A DNA stretch of 63,322 nt, counting the filler, from Octopus bimaculoides (Eukaryota): the NCBI RefSeq assembly GCF_001194135.2. It is 5 parts of 5 records of this genome, joined end to end, with 100 filler letters (N's around TTAATTAATTAA, not from the genome) between each part and the next. Parts side by side here need not be neighbours in the genome. Positions count along the whole stretch, not along the records: positions 28,800 to 52,662 come from NC_068982.1; positions 52,763 to 60,709 come from NC_068983.1; 3 more parts are not named here. One strand, written 5' to 3'. Under the pieces are notes generated by a model. That model saw only the letters and a list, made by a program, of their open reading frames with translations, was not told the origin of the DNA and ran no database searches. Positions 49,845 to 60,809 of this stretch are shown one piece after another; positions within the stretch are counted from its first letter, which is position 1, and every line of letters begins with the position of its first letter. Position numbers and translations under genes: made by a program.

Positions 49845-52662
49845 TATTTCCACTAATACTTCAGTTAAATTCCCTAAAAGAGTGTAATTACAATATACAA
49901 ATATTAAAGGAAATTCAGAAATACAATTGACATATTAAAACTTTATTTATATTATAATATACTATAAAAATATATAATATTATATAACACATTATAATAT
50001 ATGAAATATTTAAAACAAATATAAATCTAACAATTTATTTTGACTCATATCCACTCGTGATTTTATAAAATTCACATTTGTGCGTAAGAGACTCTTCAGG
50101 GTGATATTTGATAAAGAAATATGCAAAATCCCATGCAAGGATTGCTAAATTATAAAATAGACTGATTCAAAATATACCTGTGTCTGCATGCGTGAGCGTT
50201 AATAATTCTAAAATATGATAAATACAATAACAACGAAAACAAAATTCAAATAGATAAAATAGTTAAGTAAAGAAAAATTACAACGGTCATAAAATGTTCT
50301 TATGGATCTCCAATCTAAGGATTTTTTAATCGAAAATAATCACTGGCCATTTATATAATAAGGCCCATATATGTTAGAATGTCATGGTGGAGTAGGAAAT
50401 ATATTTTATTCAGACACTAAATTCATTAAACAAAGATTTTAATCAACGATTCATTTACTCAAAAGTTTCTACTAAATATGGTGACGGTAAATAAACGATG
50501 TAGATTAAACGAAAACACAGTCAATACATTTACTGAGTTGCGTTATTAGACTGTAAGGTCGCGAGAAATTTAAAATTATTAACGGCAAACAGTGCTTCGG
50601 CATAAGCGAACTTCAGATTAGTTAAAATATATTTGTGACATGTTTTAACTTCTAAAAGCAAACTCACTGCAATTAAAGGTGTAAAACCTCTTATAGTAAA
50701 ACGTGCACAACTCCATAAATGTCCAATGTCATTCTGGGTATTTATTTCATGCATCATATATCGTATTAACATCTACAAAATATATGCTTCTTCCAGCAAT
50801 GCCAAAAGACATTGGTGTTACAGGAATCATATGCATTTCACTGGCCTTTAGTGTACAACATGTTTTCATTCGCCAACCATGTAATACAATCCTCAACACC
50901 CTTAAGAACAATAAGAAATATTTCGTTTTATTATTCATCATCTACAATTAAGATTCCTATGCGAATGTGCATCGAATATTTTATAGAAAATATTGTTGTA
51001 TTTCGGAATAATATCTTTACTGATAAAATCTTTTGAACGAGATCACATTCTATATTCATTGGGGTGTGTTTTGCTACGGATTAAAAATATGATATAATGT
51101 CTGCACCTACGTTACAAACCATTACTACAACATAAATTGATTCTTGGTATTCCATTTGTGTGCCTTCGATTTACAGTTTCGCGGCTGCTGGTCAGATAAT
51201 CTAATTATCTATAGGCTATATTGTATTGTAACAGCTTGAAATTAATATGGTGTTTTTGCTATGTATGTATGGATAGAGAGATCTCGATAAGAGATATTGA
51301 AAGAGATATATTAGGAACAATGCGTGACACATTTATCTACATTGATAAGCACACAAATCATGTGTAGGGTGATATGTGCTACGCGCACACAGACACATAC
51401 GGGTTTTTATATTCGCCCAGAACGTAATGGACCCCGTTCATTAAAATGTTCGATTCTACGGCAAACTGTTGCAGAATGTAATAAATGCATCTTATTGTTG
51501 AAAGTCTAGAAAGATGATTTAGTTATGCAAGAAAGTTGTATGGGAGGATATAACGAAATGAATAAGAGCGTGCATATTGCCCATTACGGATATCTGTTAC
51601 ATGAACATTACTGGTTTCACAATTTCCTGACTTTTAGAGCAGTTTCAGATGAAGTGATATAGTGCTAAGTCACAACAGTCATCTTTCTTTCCAGAGTTTG
51701 AAATTATATACCGACACCTAACGTAACCAGTTGAAATAAAGTTTCATTGTTTGAAGATTATCATAGTGTCCGTTGCAGAAATTAATTCTGATGTGATATC
51801 CACGTAATTTATTCAACACTATGTATCGAATGGCTCATCAATTTTTGGCGGATTTGTAGTAGACCACATTGAAAATGACGTCAGCAAGACAACATATTTG
51901 GATGCATGTATATGTGATCATTATTATATATACACGCACACACACAGAGACACACATATATATTTATACTAATAATACTAATAAAAATAATAACAATAAT
52001 ATTCACTGAGTGTATAAACCAAACTAAGTAAAATCCATCTGAATAAATAGTGCACCCAATACAGAAACAAGTAAATAACACAGTTACATTTAATTGAAAT
52101 CAGAATGAAAGTATTTTAGACGGAAGCTTCAACTGTAATACAAGCAGAGGTGATAATATAACCAGCATTCCATCAAATATAGACAATAGCGCTAACACCT
52201 ACAACCGAATACCAACGCAGGGCGCTTGTTTGAGCAGCTTACTTTGAAAACGCCGTGACCGATGGATACTTGATGAAATTGCAACAACTAAAATGCGTAG
52301 CTACAAACAAAGCAATATTGAGTCGCTGGAGTCGAAACTTATGTAGGTCAGATGCATATGCTGTAGAAACCTTTTAAATAAAAAACATTGCGGATCTGAA
52401 TAAAATTTGTAAACTCCTCATCGTTATCAAAGTTATTAAATACTCTACGGTATATTTGCAGTTCTGAATAGGAACACGGAATCACCCAACGAGTGAAATT
52501 TACTAGCACAAGTACATTTTTCTACGCTTGAGCTTGAGGAGGAAATAATGGACCGTTGTGCATAGCCGGCTTCTAAACCAATTTGAGTGATAATACCGTA
52601 ACCGTCAGGATAATATCCCAGCCATACACTCTCTTTTTCGGTCTTTATATTAATCTCTGTAT

Positions 52663-52762
52663 NNNNNNNNNNNNNNNNNNNNNNNNNNNNNNNNNNNNNN
52701 NNNNNNTTAATTAATTAANNNNNNNNNNNNNNNNNNNNNNNNNNNNNNNNNNNNNNNNNNNN
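52663..52762. other. Artificial sequence-joining linker
   Basis: Same N44-TTAATTAATTAA-N44 structure. Confidence 0.95.
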
Positions 52763-52805
<43 letters not shown>

Positions 52806-53400
52806 TATATATGTATGTATGTATGTGTATATATATATATATATATACATGCACACACACTCACATATATATATGTATATATGTGTGTATGTATGTATCT
52901 ACCTATCTATTTACATACACACACACACACACACACACATATATCTATATTCAGTTAATTAACCATAGAACACTGAATGTATATTTACATTTTAACGGAC
53001 GCGAAACGTGATGATACAAAGAGTACTTATGTGAGAGAATAAAACAGCTTCAGAATAAAAACGGTTCAGTTATTGTTTTTTCTCATATGTACTCCCTTTA
53101 TATCAGCACGTTTAGATTTCTTGAACAAATATACACCTACATTCATATCTTATACATACATACACACACATACATACATAAGACATACATACATACATAA
53201 ATACATACAGACATACATACATATATAAATATTATATATTTATTATTACAAATTTGGGATCTTTACCAATAGATACACAGTTCCTATTTCAGGATAACCT
53301 CATGGTATGGTATACGCAGAGAAAAATTACACAATGAAATTAGTTAAATAAATATAACTTACCTGTTATTAGTTTGTGGGGGAAGAAGGTAGTACTAGTA

Positions 53401-53477
53401 ATCGCTACACGTGTTTCTGCGCTAGTGGGGTGTGTATTAAGGCTATACATAAATCCACCAGTGTGTCTTCAGGCTAT
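53401..53477 (-). ncRNA. Type I hammerhead-like motif with long helix II
   Basis: Reverse complement: ATAGC-CTGAAGA-CACACTGGTGG...CCACTAGCGCA-GAA-ACACGTGT-A-GCGAT. Palindromic helix III, GUA triplet, helix I 4/5 paired. Confidence 0.55.
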
Positions 53478-53479
53478 GT

Positions 53480-53491
53480 ATATTATTATTA

Positions 53492-53559
<68 letters not shown>

Positions 53560-53560
53560 T
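53480..53560. repeat. (TAT)n microsatellite
   Basis: Long run of TAT units directly next to the 53401 hammerhead motif. Confidence 0.9.
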
Positions 53561-53855
53561 CCTAATATATTATAAATATATATATATTTATATACACACG
53601 TTTATAATATATATTGTACATTTTGTACTACATGCGTTGCATTTTATACATTATATATATATACATATATATAAATTTAGTAAATGGAGTAAATGCATAT
53701 GTTAACGGAATACTTTTATTTCCAACATATGCTTCGAAGATTACAAATTATACCTTCCATAGGAATAGGTGATGTTGATAAGAATGTAATCTTCTCTTCC
53801 GGGAAATGCATGGGCACCAGCTTAAACGTAAGAAATTTTAACCGAATATGAGAAC

Positions 53856-53983
53856 TCATATATTATTAAAAAAATTATTTGCACATGTAATATAGACGAC
53901 GCCATCTTTTACAATATTTATTCGGTTTAAAACGTAACGTCGTCTATATTACATGTGGAAATAATTTTTTAAATAATATATGA
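53856..53983. repeat. Inverted repeat (46-bp arms, 36-nt spacer), MITE-like or PLE-like
   Basis: 53856-53901 versus the reverse complement of 53938-53983, 2 mismatches. Confidence 0.85.
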
Positions 53984-54030
53984 TTCTATGATTTTTTAAA
54001 AATAGATTTCAATACTGCTGTTGAAGAAAA

Positions 54031-54710
54031 GGCAGCGAGCTAGTAGAATCGTAAGAACGCTGGTAAAAATGTTTAATGACATTTCGTCAATCTCTAGGTT
54101 CTGAATTCAAATTCCGCCGAAGTCGACTTTACCTTTCGGGAAAGATAAAATTAGCACTAGTTGAGTACTGGGGTTGATATAATCGACTTTACCTCTCTCG
54201 CAAAACGGCTGGTGTTGTGGCAAAACGTAAAACCAGTATTGTTGATAACAAAAAGGTGTTGAGTTGGCAGACTCATTTCCGTGCTTTGTAAGACGCTTGG
54301 CAGCATTTCTTCCGACTTTACGTTCTGAGTTCAAAAGCCACCGGGGTCGACTTTCCTGTTAATCCTTTGGGGATCAACAAAATATGTACCAGTTGAGCAC
54401 TTGGACAGACGTTATCGACTTACCTCACCTTGAAAATTTCTGGCCAAAATTTGAAACCAATATTGTTACTGAAGACAACATTGCAATAAATGAAATACTA
54501 AGTTCAAATTTTGTCACAAGAACAGCAATTTTGGATAGAGAAAAAGTTGATTACATCGACAGGAACTTTATTTTTTTCAATCGACTCAGAACGGATGAAA
54601 GGTAAAGTCGACTTCGGCGGAGTTTGAACTCAAAACATAAAGACAGACGAAATACAACTAAGCATTTTGTGCGATGTACTAACGATTCTGCCAGCTCGCC
54701 ACCGTAGTAA
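54031..54710. mobile_element. Three SINEs of the 41498 family (two +, one -)
   Basis: AATTCCGCCGAAGTCGACTTT (+), GTTCTGAGTTCAAAAGCCACCGGGGTCGAC (+), GTCGACTTCGGCGGAGTTTGAACTC (-). Confidence 0.78.
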
Positions 54711-55573
54711 AACAGGCGAAATAAAGTATTAATAAAAAAAATATACACCAACACCACATACATCAATCTCAAAAGTATATGCATCCACACACATTTACAA
54801 AAGAAAAAGTCTCCATTAACAAATAAAGCAGCTCAAATATCCATTCTTAAATTCTTCACTCGTCTGAAGATTCCAAGTTGTGATGAGAACGAAGATTCAT
54901 GATTTTTTTTCTTGGTAAGATACAGTAGTGGTTTCCCGCTGTCTTCTACCGCTGTGTTTAGTTTACTGCGCTAGCCTTCCCCCCATTCAAGTGTACCTTT
55001 CAGACGCAGAACCTAACCGTTATACAGATGCATATAATGAAAGGTAGTACTACAAGCGGGTGCGTCTTTGTGACACAAGTCTAGAGAGTAGAGACCAACT
55101 GAGACATGACTACACGGACAAAATTGAATAAAACACAGAACAAATAGATAATCCATTATAATACGAGACATGGTCTGTAGATATTGAGATAATGAAGAAA
55201 TGGAACATCGAATGAGGCAGTAACGCTAGGACGTCTGCGGGAATGGACAATAGGAGTGAGAGCTTAAAAAAAAAAATGAAGCTATTTAAATGGAATATAT
55301 GGAAAATAGAGTCGGCCTGCGAAACTTCCCGAGATCGGGGTAAGATAGGAATTTACATATTAATAATCAGTGGCGGAGTTGGAACAACGCTGCTGAATAC
55401 GTCGGTTTAGAAGTTATGCATCTTTGGTGCATTGTCTAAATGCCGGATTATTAGTTAACATCATGAAAAATGTGCGTGCCATATCTCTCCCCATCTATCC
55501 AAATGCACAGACGAACGGAAAGCGAACACAGAAGATTACCGACTCTTCACCAGTAATCGGCTAGGGTATCACC

Positions 55574-55619
<46 letters not shown>

Positions 55620-55807
55620 TGTGAGTGCATGTATGTAATTTAATCTGCCTGGACTCTGTCTATGTATTTATTGAGTTATACACCTTTTTTTAGTCGTATT
55701 ATTATCCATTATACGCATTCACGCACACACATGCACGCACACACTCTCGCGTACGCATATAAATATACATATATATATGTGTATATATGTGTATATATAT
55801 ATATTTG

Positions 55808-55838
<31 letters not shown>

Positions 55839-55999
55839 GTATACATGTGTACACACCTGAGGGTGTATACAGTGTCATAGCTACATGTATTCAATCTCGC
55901 TCATTTGGTGGTTTTACCTTACTTTGAAAAGATGTCTAGTTTGCCTATTTATGCTCTTCAGGCAATTTAATTTCCAAGTCATTAAAGCAAAGCTGTTGC

Positions 56000-57400
56000 T
56001 TAATATTTATGATGTCTACAATATTTGAAACTATTACCTTATACCTGTCATTGAAGTTGCTTTTATTGGCCTACATTTCTCTGGTGCTTATTTTGTTAAC
56101 TTTCTCTATTACTTTTGCAATTTGTGTCTCATGAGTTTCTAAACCACAATTCTCTTCCAATTGAACTATTTTAGTTTCAAAATCTAAATTAATGTGTTGA
56201 GTTTTCATTCCTTTGCCTATTTTTGTTTTTTTTAAATTTGCGTATCATTGGCACATTTGCCAAATCCTGCATTCATTTTCATATTAAATCTGAAATCCTT
56301 TCAGCTTTTAGTATCTGCCGCCTCAGGATATTATTTAGTGTATAAAATATGACATGGACGATATAGTTTGATATCAAACGATTTATGTGTCACATATAAT
56401 TTGCAGCCACTTGTAGTTGTATTCAATAAAATTCTTAATGGATTCTTTTGTGTATACAACTGTTTCCATATCCTCTCTTTTTTTGCAAGGATATTGAAGT
56501 TTTTACTTTTGACATGGCATCTTTGATATGCTACCTTAGTATTGGGACTCTTTGGTTTGGTAATGAGTGATATGCTGTCAAAAGCTTTTAGGCAATCAAT
56601 CCCTGCCATACGTAGAATTTTGATTCTATTTCTGATGCATTCAAAAACAACCCCGCTTATCAATAGCTGTTCTTTATACCCGTATATTTCTTCCGACTAC
56701 TTCTTTGTTTAGATGCTATTATTTTCAAAATGAGCAACCATCCTGTTGCAGATTATAAACATTAGGGATTTTTTTTTATATTGCTGCTAAGTAGTCTATT
56801 TATTTTTGTTTTATATTGAGGTATTACTATAGAAATCCTATATTGCAGCTACTGGGGGAGAAAACTATAGGATTGATTCTAGTCTCTGCGGAATTCATAG
56901 AATTCTGTTACTACACTTTCATGTGTATTGTGTTCTTATTTAACCAGTTATTGAAGATTTTATTAATTCCAGGAAAGATTCAGTTACTCTCAGTCTTGGA
57001 TGTGTTGGTAAACTCTTGCTGTTTATACTGGGCAGTATCTACGGTGTTCTTAAGTCCCCTCTCCTACTCATTTGAATTCGATTCTGCTTCTACATTGTGC
57101 TAAGTGTTGTACATGGGTTCCTAATATTATTGGATTTCCACTGTTGTGTTTGTATATCACAGTGCTGTGGGTTTTTTTTTCTTTCTTATTGCTGTTTCAA
57201 TTACTTGATAAGAAAATCTCTCGTCGTTTATTCAATAATCATAACCAACTTGTATTTCTTCAGGATCCCTTGTTTCCAACGTCCTTTCACTTCCTGAATA
57301 CTTCATTTTCCTTGATAATATATTTTCTTAATATTACCTTCGATTTCTCGTTCCCATCAAGGAATTTCTCTTTCACAATTATTATGAGTAAAGGGAGACA
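56000..57400 (-). mobile_element. Highly decayed non-LTR RT relic
   Basis: IDCLKAFDSIS (RT KAFD motif) in ORF 56331-56663; weaker motifs on either side. Confidence 0.4.
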
Positions 57401-57796
57401 TTTTGCGCAAATTGTGTATAACATATTTTTTTCACAGTTCTCTGTAGGATTGGATGAAGAACAATTTTCTCCACCTGTGCCAAACCCGGTTACCATGGCC
57501 ACTGTAACGTTCTGGTTTTATTATGTGCAAAGCATTTTCTGGAGTATCTGTGGTATCATATTCTGTTGTTTTTATCGTTTCTCTTTTACCTGTTTCTGTC
57601 ATTGGAATGCGGCCGTGCTGACGCACCACAATCAATCATTTAGTGGAACAAATCGATCCCAGTACTTCTAAAAAAGAATTCTGGTACTTATTCTGTTGGT
57701 CACTTTTGCCGAACCACTGTGTTATGCGGAAATAAACAACCCCAAAACGCTTCTAAAGCGGTGGGGAATACAAAGACACACACGCGCACACACACA

Positions 57797-57877
<81 letters not shown>

Positions 57878-57879
<2 letters not shown>

Positions 57880-58262
57880 TGGAGGTGAAATGGCCCAGTC
57901 GTTAGGGAAGCGGACTCACGGTCGTAGGATTGCGCTTTCGATTCCCAGACCGAACGTTGTGAGTGTTTATTGAGCGAAAACACCTAAGGCTCCACGAGGC
58001 TCCGGCAGGGGGTGGTGGCGAACTCTACTGTACTCTTTAACCACAACTCTCTCTCTCACTCTTTCTGTCTGTTACTGCTGTACCTGTATTTCAAAGGACC
58101 AGTCATGACACACACTGTTTCTAGTTGAATCTCCCCCGAGAACTCCGCTAGGGGCATACATGTCAGTGGAGTGGTCAGCCACTTATACGTTAATTTCACG
58201 AGCAAGCTGTCCTGTTGACCAGATCAACTGGAACGCTCATCGTCGTAACCGACGGAGTGCCG
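57878..58262 (+). mobile_element. tRNA-derived SINE, same family as 27417
   Basis: Colinear with the 27417 copy (GTGAGTGTTTATTGAGCGAAAACACCTAA, CTCCACGAGGCTC) and has an extra 3' segment. Confidence 0.85.
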
Positions 58263-58463
58263 CGATATATATGTATATATATATATATATATGTATAGTG
58301 AAAATATGTAGAAAACATATAAAAAGGGAAAGAGAAATGCCTTCATTTCACATAGTTTTAATATCGTTTTATAAAATATATATACATATTAGTTTATGGA
58401 TGGTAAAAAGTCTCATAAAATATGCTCAACCACGCGCGCGCGCACACATGCACACACACACAC

Positions 58464-58503
<40 letters not shown>

Positions 58504-58798
58504 TTGAATTTATGGTTTACGATCGAGTAGTATTCATTTTTGTTTTAACAGTAGTGTGCTAATGAGATGATTTATAATATAATTTGGTGTATATTCTGTG
58601 GTATGGGGTTTAATCTAGCAAACAGTTTGTGCACATACGTGACGAATGGAGACCTATCAATGTTGCTGAAGTAATACTGATACAATATATTGTGCACTAT
58701 ATTGTATAATAATATTTTGGCAATGATCGGAAGAAGTGGCAATGAATCGATTGTAGTATTACGCAACAAATTTTGTTCACAGTTCATTCTCTGTTTGC

Positions 58799-58848
<50 letters not shown>

Positions 58849-60449
58849 ACACACATACGCACACCCACATATCGTCCTCATCACAATCATTTAACGTTCG
58901 TTGTCCATGCAGGCACGGGTTGAACTGTTTAGCTAGAGCTGGTAAGCTGAGGGGGCTGCATCGGAATCAAGTCTGGTTTGGCATGGTCTTTACGGTGGGA
59001 TGCTCTTCCTAACGCTACTAGCCTTTCGTATCTATGTATGTACGTATTTATGTATGTATGTATGTATGTATGTATGCTTGCATGCATGCATGTAAGTATG
59101 TATGTATTTAAGTATGTATGTATATATATNNNNNNNNNNGTATGTATTTAAGTATGTATGTATATATATGACAGTCACTGTTTTCGCCTTCGAGTCCGAC
59201 ACTCAAGGCATTTGTCGGCCCAATGCTATTATAGAGGACACTTTCCTGAGGAATCGGGCAATGGGATCGAACTAGAAACCACGTAGTTTTAAAACAGGTT
59301 TGTTAATCGCATAGACATGCATGCAACATTTGGTCTCTGAAGGTATTTACTTTTAACATGCGAGGCTAAGTGTTCCTCTGTTCCCTATTTGTTCATTTTC
59401 TTACGACCAGATTCCTATTTCACCAAACTGTCCTTTGGAGTGCTTGCCAATTTTTCTTATTCTATTCTGACATTTGTTGCTATTCAGTCTGTCTTGTCCG
59501 TGTAGCGAATAACTTTCTTTTTCGTGGTCGGGTATTCTTGTGTTCATATCTCTTTGCAGTGTGAAATTCTGTAATTTTTCGATGTCTGTTTTTATTTATT
59601 CAAATTGTTTTCTTGCTTCATAAAATAATCTTTTCTGTTATCTTAATTGCATTTTGAAGGTGCATCCACTAAATATATATGCAATTAATTCTTTTGTCTT
59701 GTAAAAGAGTGTTTGTGCCGAAGAGAACAGTCTGAGTATTATCTACTGAAGGAAATTCAAATCTGTGATTATAAACTAGTTTCAAAAGTCGGTAGTTTGA
59801 AACTGATACAGAAGATAAATTCTGTGTGCATGGCCATACTGCAGCCCTCAACCCCAATATTCAAATCTGTCCGAGATAAAAGCAGAATGACGAGAGAGCT
59901 TGATATGAACGCGTTTATTGCATATGAATTGTTGAGTTGTGGATGTATGTCGGACTGTTATTTTTAAGTGACGGATGGATCTGGCTGCCAACCCACAATC
60001 AATTCACAACCTACCTTAGGCAAAAAAGAAAAAAAGCGATGAGTCTCCTTCTATGATGTTACTATGGTGACTTAAGTTGTATGATGGCCAAGTGCTTCTT
60101 AACCTTTCGTGTATCACTTGAAAGGCAAAGTGCAATAAATGAGAGATATGCTGCTCTCTAGTAATTCATTTAAAATGTGGCTGAAAGGGTTGAAATTGGC
60201 GTTATCAAACGGTAATTCTATAATCATGCGGCTGTAGGTTGTCAGTGAGACCGGGAGACGGCATTTTCCTCGAAGATTTCAGCTTGATCACAACGTATAT
60301 GTTTGAATGAAAGGAGGGATTTCCCTGTATCACTCTAATGGTTGCCTCCTAATTTATGCTTCTTTATTGTTGTTATTATTTTAGTCATATTAATTATTGT
60401 TTTTATTGTTACTGTTGAATATGCCTACTGTCTTGTTGTATTATTTCCT

Positions 60450-60709
60450 CAGCGGGTAGTTAAGGAACCTGGCATGGGTGGGGCCCTGATCAATTTAGAT
60501 CAATCGAAAGCTTTCGATAGGGTAGACCATCAATACTTGGAGGCTGTCCTCATGGCGGCTGGCTTCGGTCCCATTTTCCGCGGCTGGATGGCTGCCTTGT
60601 ACAGAGGAATCCGTTCGGTAGTTCGCGTCAATGGGCACCTATCAAGACCATTCGACATTGCACGTTCGGTCTGTCAGGGGTGCCCCCTCTCGTCGCTCCT
60701 GTACGTATT
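60450..60709 (+). mobile_element. L1/Tx1-clade LINE RT fragment
   Basis: ALINLDQSKAFDRVDHQYL...GF...VNGHLSRPF.I.RSV.QGCPLS.LLY, open frame cut by the linker. Confidence 0.88.
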
Positions 60710-60809
60710 NNNNNNNNNNNNNNNNNNNNNNNNNNNNNNNNNNNNNNNNNNNNTTAATTAATTAANNNNNNNNNNNNNNNNNNNNNNNNNNNNNNNNNNN
60801 NNNNNNNNN
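60710..60809. other. Artificial sequence-joining linker
   Basis: Same N44-TTAATTAATTAA-N44 structure. Confidence 0.95.

Noticed and set aside
57072-57671. 199-aa + strand ORF
   Set aside because: Phe/Leu/Ser-rich antisense reading of a purine-rich LINE relic plus a SINE tail; no domain recognised.
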